Source: an uncultured archaeon
Lineage (GTDB): Archaea; Micrarchaeota; Micrarchaeia; Micrarchaeales; CABMGC01
Reading direction: 5' to 3'
Assembly: GCA_963787445.1 (NCBI GenBank)
Contig: CAWBCT010000005.1
Location: 512,001-576,000, forward strand
DNA length: 64,000 nucleotides
Positions 9,911 to 18,579 of the stretch are shown here, one piece after another. A program made the translations under genes and the position numbers. Numbering within the stretch: the first letter of the stretch is position 1; each line of letters opens with the position of its first letter. The notes beneath the pieces are model-generated. The model was not told where the DNA came from. It saw only the letters and a list, made by a program, of their open reading frames with translations, and searched no databases.

Positions 9911-10543
9911 CTACATCAGCCTTACCGGCTTCGACATGGTCAGCTTAACATACACCGACTTGATGTTGTTCGCCCCTACCTTCTTCTTTATGCTCTCCAT
10001 GATCTCGTTGACGTTGTTAAGTATCTTGTCGGCATCCATGTCCTCAGTTCCCACCACCGCGTGGACCGTGGGGAGGTACTTGCCCTTGCTCCTTATCATG
10101 ACCCTCTTGCTCACGTCGCTGGCTATGGCTGTGAGCGAGTTGCCCGGCAGAAGCGGCCTTGGCATCTTGTTGCGGGGTCCTAGGAACTGACCCATGGACT
10201 TCGCTATCGTGGGCATCAGGTTAGGCTGCGCGAATATCTCGTACTGAAGAAGGCCGTTCAGGCGCTTTGCGTCTCCCGCGACGGCGTCTATCTGGTTGCC
10301 CTCTACAATCTCGACGCCGTTCTTCCTGGCGTCCTCCATTATGACCTTGTCGTTTGCGAATACGAGCAGCTTCTTTACCTTGCCCTTGCCGTTGGGGAGC
10401 ATGACCTCGAGGTTCAGCCTGTTGTCCTGCTTGTTGAAGTCTATCCCCTTGAAATTAACCGCAAGCTCTACCGTCTGCTTGAACTTTCGCTTGCCCTTAT
10501 TCTCAGCGAGATACTTGCTAAACTCCTCTAATGTTACAGCCAT
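9911..10543 (-). CDS. rpl1: 50S ribosomal protein L1
   Basis: KRKFKQTVELAVNFK, LGPRNKMP, YVKLTMS. Confidence 0.96.
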   Translation of the reverse strand: MAVTLEEFSKYLAENKGKRKFKQTVELAVNFKGIDFNKQDNRLNLEVMLPNGKGKVKKLLVFANDKVIMEDARKNGVEIVEGNQIDAVAGDAKRLNGLLQYEIFAQPNLMPTIAKSMGQFLGPRNKMPRPLLPGNSLTAIASDVSKRVMIRSKGKYLPTVHAVVGTEDMDADKILNNVNEIMESIKKKVGANNIKSVYVKLTMSKPVRLM

Positions 10544-10548
10544 TGAAA

Positions 10549-10578
10549 CCCCTCCTGCAGATTGCAGTGCGTACGGGA
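10549..10578 (-). promoter_or_regulatory. Putative L1-binding autoregulatory leader overlapping the RBS
   Basis: Minus strand CCC-GUACGCA-CUGCA-AUC-UGCAG-GA-GGG: two helices with an asymmetric loop that includes GGAGG. Confidence 0.4.
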
Positions 10579-10747
10579 AAACACGTAATGTGTGCTATTA
10601 GTACGCCGATAATATTTATATAGCTTGCTGATGGGTCCCACAGGCGTATTGAGATTGTTTATATTATTGTCCATCCATTCCTTAAGAAGCATTTAAATAT
10701 CTTTATATTCAATTTATACTAGTTTAAGATTAAACCATGGTGCTATT

Positions 10748-11746
10748 ATCGCAACTCACGCCCTTGACATCGATGTGAAAGGCCTATCCAAGAGCTTCAA
10801 GGACTTCAAGGCCGTTGACAACATAAGCTTCAACGTCATCTCCGGCGAGGTGTTCGGGCTGCTGGGCCCCAACGGCGCAGGAAAGACAACCACGATAAAG
10901 ATGCTGACAACGCTCCTGAAGCCCACCTCTGGCGGCGCCAAGGTTGCCGGTTTTGACATCGCAAATCAGAAAAATGAGGTCCGCAAGAACATCGGGATAG
11001 TATTCCAGGACCCCTCGCTGGACGACCAGCTGACCGGCCGCGAGAATCTGATGTTTCATGCGATGCTGTATCACATAGACAACGCCTCTGCCAAGGAGCA
11101 GATAGCCCAGGTGATAAAACTGGTCGAGCTGGAGGACAAGGCAGACATCCTGGTGATGAACTACTCCGGCGGGATGAAAAGGCGCCTTGAGATAGCGCGC
11201 GGGCTCATACACGAGCCAAAGGTACTCTTCCTTGACGAGCCCACCGTCGGCCTGGACCCGCAGACGCGCAGAAAGATCTGGGACTACATAGTGGACCTGA
11301 ACAAGAAGCACAAGACCACGGTCATACTTACGACCCACTACATAGAGGAAGCCGACTTCCTGTGCCAAAGGGTCGCTTTCGTTGACCACGGAAAGATCGT
11401 GGCGCTTGACACCCCCAAGAAACTGAAGAGCGACCTGGGAGGCGACATAATAACACTCCGAGTGGACAAGGACGCCGACAAGAGCGTCTTCAGCAAGAAG
11501 GAGAGCTGGATAAAGGGCGTGGAAAAGCCGGAGCCAAACACCTTCAAGCTCACGGTCGAGGATGGGGAGAAGCGGATCCCTGCCCTTGTTGACATTTGTG
11601 AGGAACACAAGCTAGTGGTTGAGTCCGTGAACCTCCACAAGCCCAGCCTGGAAGACGTTTTCATACACTTCACCGGCAAGAGCATCCGCGAAGAGTCGGG
11701 CGAAGGCGGAAAGGGCATGATGCGCCAGTTCGCAAAGACGAGGTAA
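10748..11746 (+). CDS. ABC transporter ATP-binding protein (DrrA/multidrug type)
   Basis: GPNGAGKTT, YSGGMKRRLEIARG, LFLDEPT. Start uncertain: ATC 10748 after GGTG, or GTG 10775. Confidence 0.92.
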   Translation: MATHALDIDVKGLSKSFKDFKAVDNISFNVISGEVFGLLGPNGAGKTTTIKMLTTLLKPTSGGAKVAGFDIANQKNEVRKNIGIVFQDPSLDDQLTGRENLMFHAMLYHIDNASAKEQIAQVIKLVELEDKADILVMNYSGGMKRRLEIARGLIHEPKVLFLDEPTVGLDPQTRRKIWDYIVDLNKKHKTTVILTTHYIEEADFLCQRVAFVDHGKIVALDTPKKLKSDLGGDIITLRVDKDADKSVFSKKESWIKGVEKPEPNTFKLTVEDGEKRIPALVDICEEHKLVVESVNLHKPSLEDVFIHFTGKSIREESGEGGKGMMRQFAKTR

Positions 11747-11751
11747 TTTTC

Positions 11752-12510
11752 ATGATAGACACAAAAGCGATATATACGATCTGGCTCAGGGAGATAAAGA
11801 GATTCCTGAGGGCAAAGTCGAGGATAATCGGACTCATAGTGATGCCGCTGCTCTTCCTGGTCGGCCTTGGCTACGGCCTGAACAGCTTCGTGCAACTTTC
11901 CAACGGGGTCAGCTACTTCACCTTCCTCGTGCCGGGCATAATCGGGATGACACTCCTGTTCACGAGCATACAGGGCGGGGTTTCAGTGCTCTGGGACAGG
12001 CAGTTTGGCTTCCTGAAGGAGATAATGGTGACGCCCAACTCGCGCGTCTCGATAGTTTTAGGACGAGTAGCAGGAGGCACCACAACCACATTCATACAGG
12101 GCATAATAGTGCTGATAATCGCCCTGCTGTTGGGCTTCCACTTTAACATAACTGCGGTTGCGCTCCTCTCGCTGGTATTCATGCTGCTTATAGGGATAAC
12201 CTTCCTGAGCCTGGGCCTCGCTCTGGGATCATTCATGCGCGACTTCCAGGGCTTTGGAATAGTCATGATGTTCGTATCGTACCCTCTCTTCTTCCTCTCC
12301 GGCGCGCTGGTGCCCCTCACAGGACTGCCAGCTGCAGTCCAGGACATTGCCTACGCAAACCCGCTTACCTACGGGGTCGACGGGCTGCGCGGCGCGCTGC
12401 TCGGCATCTCTAGCTTCCCGATGGCCGTGGACCTCGGGGTGATGGTTGTCGCGGCCCTAGTCGCGCTTGCCGTCTGCACCTGGGCCTTCAGGTTCAATGA
12501 GGCAGGCTAA
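11752..12510 (+). CDS. ABC-2 type transporter permease
   Basis: WLREIKRFLR, FLVPGIIGM, DRQFGFLKEIMVTP, NPLTYGVDGLR. Confidence 0.92.
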   Translation: MIDTKAIYTIWLREIKRFLRAKSRIIGLIVMPLLFLVGLGYGLNSFVQLSNGVSYFTFLVPGIIGMTLLFTSIQGGVSVLWDRQFGFLKEIMVTPNSRVSIVLGRVAGGTTTTFIQGIIVLIIALLLGFHFNITAVALLSLVFMLLIGITFLSLGLALGSFMRDFQGFGIVMMFVSYPLFFLSGALVPLTGLPAAVQDIAYANPLTYGVDGLRGALLGISSFPMAVDLGVMVVAALVALAVCTWAFRFNEAG

Positions 12511-12522
12511 TAATCGGCAATC

Positions 12523-13140
12523 TCAGAAACCAAGCTTCTCCTTCACTAGGATTACGGTGACCTTTCGCTGCATGAACGCCGGCTCCTTAAACAGTATTAG
12601 CAGCTTCGCGTACATGGTGCCTCCCATCCCAGCAGCCTTCATGCGCTTATCCTCAAGCGGGACACTGTACTCCTTTATGCGCTGCATGGCGTCATCCATG
12701 CTTTTAACTATCTTCTGAGTGCCAACGACCAACACTAGGTTGTGTGAACTGAATGCGTAGCCTGGCAGCTGGCTGCCCGATGCGCTCGCAGTAAGAAGCT
12801 CGCCATTTTCGGTTATCGCGTGCACGCTACCCAGCATGAAAGGGGCGGAAACGCTCCTTAATCGCAGCTCGTGCTGCTTTTGCGGATCCTTCTCCTTCAC
12901 AATCTCCTCCTTCAGGTTCATCCACTTGTGGTTTCCGGATTTCAGCAGATCTGTGAATCCAATCTCGCTCAGCGTAGTCGAACCGGCTGTCATTACCTCG
13001 GCTCCCTCCGGGACCAGCTTTGTGGCCTCCTCCAGCGCAGCCCTTCTGTCGTTAACTATGACCACATTGAAGCCATTCGCCTTCAGCGCCGCCGCTGCTT
13101 TTCCAACACTCTCCTCATTCGCAGGTTTTGACCAGTCCAT
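12523..13140 (-). CDS. LUD (lactate utilization C/YkgG-like) domain protein
   Basis: GSTTLSEIG, GSVHAITENG, SASGSQL, VVGTQKIV. Confidence 0.75.
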   Translation of the reverse strand: MDWSKPANEESVGKAAAALKANGFNVVIVNDRRAALEEATKLVPEGAEVMTAGSTTLSEIGFTDLLKSGNHKWMNLKEEIVKEKDPQKQHELRLRSVSAPFMLGSVHAITENGELLTASASGSQLPGYAFSSHNLVLVVGTQKIVKSMDDAMQRIKEYSVPLEDKRMKAAGMGGTMYAKLLILFKEPAFMQRKVTVILVKEKLGF

Positions 13141-13184
13141 ATCATCACATTATTAAGTATAAAAAGAAAAAACAAAAATAAAAG

Positions 13185-13337
13185 CTAGTTGTTTTTCTTC
13201 AGCTGCTCTATCCGCTCCTGTACGGCCTTTGTCTCCTGCTCGAGCTCCTTCTTGTAGTCCGTCAGGGCGTCTATCTTCTCTTCCCTTGTCAGGAAGTTTC
13301 TCATTCCGCTTCCGCAACCTTCGTTTCCACAATACAT
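13185..13337 (-). CDS. Small coiled-coil protein (DUF5320-like), 50 aa
   Basis: Below the ORF-track cutoff. MYCGNEGCGSGMRNFLTREEKIDALTDYKKELEQETKAVQERIEQLKKNN; GGTG RBS; T-rich terminator after the stop. Confidence 0.8.
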   Translation of the reverse strand: MYCGNEGCGSGMRNFLTREEKIDALTDYKKELEQETKAVQERIEQLKKNN

Positions 13338-13350
13338 TTCCACACCTGTC

Positions 13351-13413
13351 CAATATAGGACATCTTATATTGTGATATGCAAAGTATTTAAATATATAGG
13401 CTATCCTATATAT
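13351..13413. promoter_or_regulatory. Two palindromic operator sites in the divergent DUF5320/PadR promoter
   Basis: CAATATAGG-ACAT-CTTATATTG (13351-13372) and ATATATAGG-CTAT-CCTATATAT (13392-13413) flank TATTTAAA. Confidence 0.6.
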
Positions 13414-13417
13414 ACTC

Positions 13418-13723
13418 ATGGAAAGGAGCGGCTGCGACATGAGAGGTATGCTCTCATTCCAGATCTTGTGGCTGTTATCGAAGAAGCCGATGCACGGGGA
13501 GGCGTTAGCCGAGGAGATAGAGAAGAGGAGGGGCGACAAGCCGAAGGCTGGCACAATCTATCCCGCATTAAAGGAACTAAGCACCACAAAACTGATAAAA
13601 GGAAAGAAGTCCGGCAAGATAATTGTCTATACGATAACTCCTGACGGAAAAACTGTGCTTAAACGGTCGGTGCGCTACTTCTGCAACTCATTTAGGGACG
13701 TGTTCGAGGATGAAGAGAGATGA
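13418..13723 (+). CDS. PadR family transcriptional regulator
   Basis: MRGMLSFQILWLLSKKPMHG...PKAGTIYPALKEL...YTITPDG. Confidence 0.9.
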   Translation: MERSGCDMRGMLSFQILWLLSKKPMHGEALAEEIEKRRGDKPKAGTIYPALKELSTTKLIKGKKSGKIIVYTITPDGKTVLKRSVRYFCNSFRDVFEDEER

Positions 13724-14397
13724 AGTCATCCGATTTCCATTCCATTGCCAATAGCCAGTCCTGGAAGAAAGGGTTAGCCCATCTCAGGAAAAGCGACCCT
13801 GTCCTGAGCAGACTAATAACTCGGCATAAAATTCCTCCGATAGAACTGAGAAAGGACCTCTACGGTGCACTTATAAGGTCAATAATATTTCAGCAGATCT
13901 CCGGCAAGGCTGGCGCCTCAATACTCAAGAAGTTCAAGGGGCTTTACGGCAATTCGATCCCGACCCCTAAAGAGTTCCTGAGCACTCCAGAAAAGAAGGT
14001 CAAATCAGCAGGGATCTCCCCACAAAAATACTCCTATCTTGTTGATTTATCCGAACGCATACTTGATGGACGACTCGAGCTTAAGAAGTTTCACAGGATG
14101 GACAACGACTCTGTTGTGACCGAACTAGACGAAGTTCGTGGAATAGGCAGGTGGACTGCGGAGATGTTTCTGATGTTCGTGCTGGGAAGAACTGATGTGC
14201 TTCCCGTGGATGATCTTGGCCTGCAGAAAGGGCTCAGGAAGGTGTACGGCCTCAGGACTCTTCCATCAGAAGAGCGCTTCCGCAAGATAGCCAGCAGGTG
14301 GCACCCGTACTGCACCATAGCCTGCCTTTACCTGTGGAGAAGCATGGATGCGCCGGAACCCGAGAAGCCCAAAACCAAAGAGGATAGCTGGGCCTAG
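13720..14397 (+). CDS. alkA: DNA-3-methyladenine glycosylase (AlkA/HhH-GPD)
   Basis: SIIFQQIS, VRGIGRWTAEMFLMF, LPVDDLG, WHPY. Confidence 0.88.
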   Translation: MKSSDFHSIANSQSWKKGLAHLRKSDPVLSRLITRHKIPPIELRKDLYGALIRSIIFQQISGKAGASILKKFKGLYGNSIPTPKEFLSTPEKKVKSAGISPQKYSYLVDLSERILDGRLELKKFHRMDNDSVVTELDEVRGIGRWTAEMFLMFVLGRTDVLPVDDLGLQKGLRKVYGLRTLPSEERFRKIASRWHPYCTIACLYLWRSMDAPEPEKPKTKEDSWA

Positions 14398-15498
14398 TCA
14401 TCTGAACAGCTGGACCACTCCTATTACCAGCTCTATCACTATCAGCAGTATCACGACATACTCCAAAAGCACGTCGTAGTCGAAGTTTATCAGGTCTGCG
14501 ACGAACGCGCGCTCGTCGTTTATCACGTCCAGGTCCTTCTCGAGCGAGCCCTTTATCTCTTCGAGCTTCAGGACCCTCTCAAACAGGGAGTAAACCCTTG
14601 AGAGGTACCACTCGCCAGTTCCGAAGACGGTGTCACTCACCTTGTTTATCACCGCCATGGTGTTATCGTAAAGAGTGCCCAGTTCGGAGTTAAGCGCCTT
14701 GGGTTCGTTGCTTCCAAGCCTACTGATGATTCTCTGCTTGCTCACCCTCTCGAGCACCTTCCCAGAGTTGTCTATGCGCTCCGACAGCAGTTCATGATAG
14801 ATACGCATCTCAAGGAGCTGCAGGTTGGCTATCTCCGCCATGAGCAGCTCGTACTCGTGGGCATACTCCTTGTCGAACATTATCGCGCTCTCCCAGCCCA
14901 CGTAGAAGAGATTTGTCTTGTCATAGGCGATTGTATTGCTCAGCACCGAGGCCACATAGCCGTCATCCAGCTGGTCGGGCTCCTCCTCGTCTATGAGGAG
15001 GCCGGCTATCTGCTTTTTCTGGCTCGCCGAGATCTTCTCCTTCTCGTACTCAATGTAGTAGAAGCGATAGGTCTCTCTTGTGGCGCTGGGCTGGATCTTT
15101 GCCACCTTCGAAAGGTCTGACTCAACCTTCTTTCTTGCCTTCAGAACAACATCATTAACAAACTCGGTGATCTTCTTGTCGAATGTCACCCGGTAGAGGT
15201 GGCTGTAGGATGCGTCGTTCAACTGGTATCTTACTCTGATGGACATCCCACCAAACGTGTAAAGCGCGACCTGCACCTTGAACAGGTGTTTCATCGCCTC
15301 CGTAGCAAGCGTTACGTTGTTTAGATTGAAGATTGCCGGGACGTTGAATGTGGAGATCTCTTCTGGTGAGGGCTTGTCGAACTCGTGCTTGGAGAAGTCC
15401 TCAGGGTTCTTCAGCAGCCCGTTAAGCTCCTCCTCAGTGAAGTGGACGCCCAGGTCGTACAGGAAGAGGTACACTATCTCGCTGTTCATAATCATCAA
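14398..15498 (-). CDS. RMD1/DUF155-like protein with C-terminal TM helix
   Basis: EIANLQLLEMRIY, GEWYLSRVY, LEYVVILLIVIEL terminal helix. Confidence 0.5.
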   Translation of the reverse strand: MMIMNSEIVYLFLYDLGVHFTEEELNGLLKNPEDFSKHEFDKPSPEEISTFNVPAIFNLNNVTLATEAMKHLFKVQVALYTFGGMSIRVRYQLNDASYSHLYRVTFDKKITEFVNDVVLKARKKVESDLSKVAKIQPSATRETYRFYYIEYEKEKISASQKKQIAGLLIDEEEPDQLDDGYVASVLSNTIAYDKTNLFYVGWESAIMFDKEYAHEYELLMAEIANLQLLEMRIYHELLSERIDNSGKVLERVSKQRIISRLGSNEPKALNSELGTLYDNTMAVINKVSDTVFGTGEWYLSRVYSLFERVLKLEEIKGSLEKDLDVINDERAFVADLINFDYDVLLEYVVILLIVIELVIGVVQLFR

Positions 15499-15566
15499 TG
15501 CGCTAGGTTATCTTGGCTAGGCAAAATATCTATATCTTTTCATCCCCTATTAGGAGTGGTGCATAC

Positions 15567-16097
15567 TTGGAACTGCTCAGGGAGATCTCCGACCAAAGCT
15601 TTGGCCTGAAGCCGAGGAACACGAGATACGTAATCAGGAGAGCGGCGCGGGCGATAGTCCTCAACGGCGAGGGCAGCATGGCGCTGATGCACGCAACAAA
15701 GCTGAACTACTACAAGCTGCCTGGCGGGGGAATAGAAGGCCGGGAGACGATACAGGCCGCTCTCCACAGGGAGGTGAAGGAGGAGACCGGCTGCCAGATA
15801 AAGGAGATCTGCCCCATCGGAGTCATAATAGAGTACCGGAGCCGGCTGAAGTTCATGCCCTTCTCCTATTGTTTCATTGCAAAAGTGATAGGAGCTCCTG
15901 AAAAGCCAAAGCTTACTGAAAGAGAGGAGGGCAACGGATTCGTCGTTGAGTGGTTCACCGTTGCCCAGGCCGTTCAGCTTCTGATCAAGCAGCGCCAGAG
16001 AATCACGAACTATGCCGGCAGGTTCATGAGCGAACGGGACCTCCTCTTCACCGAGAAAGCCGCGTCCTGGCTCCGAAGCCATCCGTCTAATCTGTAG
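15567..16097 (+). CDS. NUDIX hydrolase
   Basis: Nudix box PGGGIEGRETIQAALHREVKEETG; TTG start after GGTG. Confidence 0.9.
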   Translation: MELLREISDQSFGLKPRNTRYVIRRAARAIVLNGEGSMALMHATKLNYYKLPGGGIEGRETIQAALHREVKEETGCQIKEICPIGVIIEYRSRLKFMPFSYCFIAKVIGAPEKPKLTEREEGNGFVVEWFTVAQAVQLLIKQRQRITNYAGRFMSERDLLFTEKAASWLRSHPSNL

Positions 16098-16748
16098 TTA
16101 ACTCTTCAGGATCTTAAAGGCGTGGTTCCAGCTGTTGTTCTTGAAACCGTAGGTTACCCACAGGACGCACAAAGGCTCCATAATCCTTGACTGCTCGATT
16201 CCCCCAAGGTCGGTTATGTTCTTCCACCCAAAATCGCGTAGGATCTTCTCAACCGCCTTTTTCGCCGCTTCGTTGTTTCCGCAGAGTAGCATGTCCGGCT
16301 CTCCCTCCTTGAACTTTGGATTGATCATGCCGGCGTTGCCTATTATGTTCAGGGTCTTCACCACATTCGCCTTTGGCAAAGCCCTCTGGGTTATCTCGCC
16401 TGCCGAATTGTTGAACCCTACAGAGAGCTTTGGCGGCATCCCGCCAGAAAAGTCAAGCGGGTTGGTCACATCGATGACAGTCTTTCCAGCAAAATTGGCA
16501 GGCCCCGCTAGCTTTACTGCTTCTTCTATGATCTCGCCCTTTACCGCTATGACTATCACTTCGCCAAACTTCGCAGTCTCCTGGAAAGTGCCGACAGAGG
16601 TCTTCTTGCCCGCCGTCTTCTTCAGCCAGGCCCTAATTTTCTCATTATTCGTGTCCCGCGTGCCTATCTTAACCTCATGCCCGAGGTTCGCAAAACCCGC
16701 TCCTATGACCTGACCCACGTCTCCTGAACCTATAATTCCAACCTTCAT
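16098..16748 (-). CDS. NADP-dependent oxidoreductase (F420-dependent NADP reductase-like)
   Basis: KVGIIGSGDVG Rossmann fold, VIDVTNPL, VVKTLN. Confidence 0.85.
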   Translation of the reverse strand: MKVGIIGSGDVGQVIGAGFANLGHEVKIGTRDTNNEKIRAWLKKTAGKKTSVGTFQETAKFGEVIVIAVKGEIIEEAVKLAGPANFAGKTVIDVTNPLDFSGGMPPKLSVGFNNSAGEITQRALPKANVVKTLNIIGNAGMINPKFKEGEPDMLLCGNNEAAKKAVEKILRDFGWKNITDLGGIEQSRIMEPLCVLWVTYGFKNNSWNHAFKILKS

Positions 16749-16834
16749 AAACTCACCAATTTAAACAAGCGTTTCTGAACAGTTTTATATTGAAAATGTA
16801 AAGCTTTATAGCCATTCTATCCTTAATCTGATTT

Positions 16835-17500
16835 ATGAAAAACACGGCAACAACGCCCAAAAGTAACTCTGCCAGACACGCTGGCTATCTCTTCCTGATA
16901 AGCTCCGTGCTTTTCATACTCGCAATGGTTGTTGTGCAGCTCGCCTTCCCCTGCAATGCGCACGGATGCTACAATCTTGGGACAAATCCGATTAGCGACC
17001 TGGGAAACACCGTGCTTTCAGTGCTGTGGCCCGTCTTCAACTACTCAATAATACTGTTCGGAGCCCTGCTCTTCGGAGGACTGGTGCTACTGCTTGAATC
17101 ATTTCCCAAGGACTGGATTGGAAAGCTTGGAATATTATTCCTGATGCTGAGCGCCTTCGGCGCAGCCGGCGTGGGAACCGTGCCGGAGAATACTACACTG
17201 GCGATACATTCCACTTTTGCTGCTATCTCATTTGTTGCTGGAGGTGCTGGGGTTCTGCTGATCGGCATTGCATTATTAAGAAGAAGAGGGATTGGCTGGT
17301 ATTCCGGATATTCGATCCTTTCCGGTGCCATAACTCTAATCGTCTTCTTCGCCTTCACACTTCCCCTTGGGATCTTCCCATCTCTTGCCTACTACGGGCC
17401 TGGCCTTGGATTCGGATTCGTTGAGAGGATAATCGCCTTCCCAGTGATCCTGTGGGTATTTGTGACTGGAATTCTGCTGTCAAAGAAAAATAGCGTGTAA
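16835..17500 (+). CDS. DUF998 family membrane protein
   Basis: YNLGTNPISDLG, GVGTVPE, H in TM, GFVERIIAFP. Confidence 0.75.
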   Translation: MKNTATTPKSNSARHAGYLFLISSVLFILAMVVVQLAFPCNAHGCYNLGTNPISDLGNTVLSVLWPVFNYSIILFGALLFGGLVLLLESFPKDWIGKLGILFLMLSAFGAAGVGTVPENTTLAIHSTFAAISFVAGGAGVLLIGIALLRRRGIGWYSGYSILSGAITLIVFFAFTLPLGIFPSLAYYGPGLGFGFVERIIAFPVILWVFVTGILLSKKNSV

Positions 17501-17502
17501 AC

Positions 17503-17841
17503 CTAACTGTCTAGCCTGTACACCGCACTTCCTTCGGCGACGGGATGGTTTACCTTTATTCCTATAGACTCATCCTCCTGCGCCTCCCCAACATCCTCGC
17601 GGTCTATCTGCATGCTTGAGATCCTCTGCCGTATTGCCTCGTCTTCGCTCCCTATCTCTATCAGATCACCGACCTTCAGCGCCCCCGTAAGCTTTATCGC
17701 AGCCACGCTGATCTTCTCAAAGTACTGTTCCACGCTGCCCACCTGTGTCCTTCCCCTGCTGCTCTCCTGCGGCTTGCTGTTCCTCCTATTCCTCTCCTCA
17801 AAGGCGTTAACCACGTCCATTGCGCTGTCTAGGTCGTCCAA
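17503..17841 (-). CDS. Small beta-barrel protein (translation-factor-like / U32 peptidase C-terminal-like)
   Basis: VGSVEQYFEKISVAAIKL..LKVGD...QRISSMQID...IGIKV. Confidence 0.65.
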   Translation of the reverse strand: MDDLDSAMDVVNAFEERNRRNSKPQESSRGRTQVGSVEQYFEKISVAAIKLTGALKVGDLIEIGSEDEAIRQRISSMQIDREDVGEAQEDESIGIKVNHPVAEGSAVYRLDS

Positions 17842-17886
17842 GCTATCATTAACAATCTGATTTGCACAATTATATAAGCATTTCAG

Positions 17887-18144
17887 TTAATCGTAAACCT
17901 CCTTTCTATGCTCAAATCGCAAAAGAATCAGACTGTCACCCTCTTTTTTGTAAATCAATCTATAAGGATTAATGCGAATCGTTCTTTCACCCTTCAAGGT
18001 GTATCCCAAAGGTTTTCCCACTTCGGGGTTTTCGCACAACCTTTTTACCTCAGAATCTATCCTCTTGTTAATGGCCCTATTTCTTAACTTCTTTACGTCC
18101 TTCTCGAACTTATCTGTTACAATTATCTTATCGATAATTACCAT
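17887..18144 (-). CDS. RelE/ParE family toxin
   Basis: FEKDVKKL, NPEVGKPL, RIN-PYRLIY, FEHRKEVY. Confidence 0.85.
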   Translation of the reverse strand: MVIIDKIIVTDKFEKDVKKLRNRAINKRIDSEVKRLCENPEVGKPLGYTLKGERTIRINPYRLIYKKEGDSLILLRFEHRKEVYD

Positions 18145-18416
18145 TTCGCCAACTCCTCAGAAAAAGATTTCTTGGAGTATATCTTGTATCTACCCTGCTC
18201 TATGTCTTTCCAAGCTTCCTCGACGCCCACCAATGTCTTTAGGTCTCGTTCGTCTATGCCTGAACCTACCTTTTTCATTACTATCATCCCATTTTTAGAC
18301 GTAACAAAGAATAGGTTACCTGTTTTGACCTTTAGTCTTTTCCTAATGTCTGTTGGAATAACAATCTGCCCTTTTGAGCTTGCTCTTGTTATCTCAATCA
18401 TCTCACTTTTTCCCAT
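18138..18416 (-). CDS. AbrB/MazE/SpoVT family antitoxin
   Basis: SSKGQIVIPTDIRKRL; overlaps the toxin start. Confidence 0.85.
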   Translation of the reverse strand: MGKSEMIEITRASSKGQIVIPTDIRKRLKVKTGNLFFVTSKNGMIVMKKVGSGIDERDLKTLVGVEEAWKDIEQGRYKIYSKKSFSEELAKW

Positions 18417-18419
18417 AAT

Positions 18420-18452
18420 AGTAAGATAATCTTACTCATATATAAGTCTTAT
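18420..18452. promoter_or_regulatory. Palindromic operator upstream of the TA operon
   Basis: AGTAAGAT-A-ATCTTACT (18420-18436) and ATAAG-T-CTTAT (18442-18452). Confidence 0.55.
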
Positions 18453-18466
18453 GTTTAAAAAGCACG

Positions 18467-18538
18467 CGCCCGAAGAAGGGATCGAACCTTCGACCTTGCG
18501 GTTAACAGCCGCACGCTCTACCACTGAGCTATTCGGGC
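18467..18538 (-). tRNA. tRNA-Asn(GTT)
   Basis: GCCCGAATAGCTCAGTGGTAGAGCGTGCGGCTGTTAACCGCAAGGTCGAAGGTTCGATCCCTTCTTCGGGCG folds as a cloverleaf. Confidence 0.95.
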
Positions 18539-18579
18539 ATAAGGAGTGCATATATCATTGCTCTTAAGGTATTAAAATG

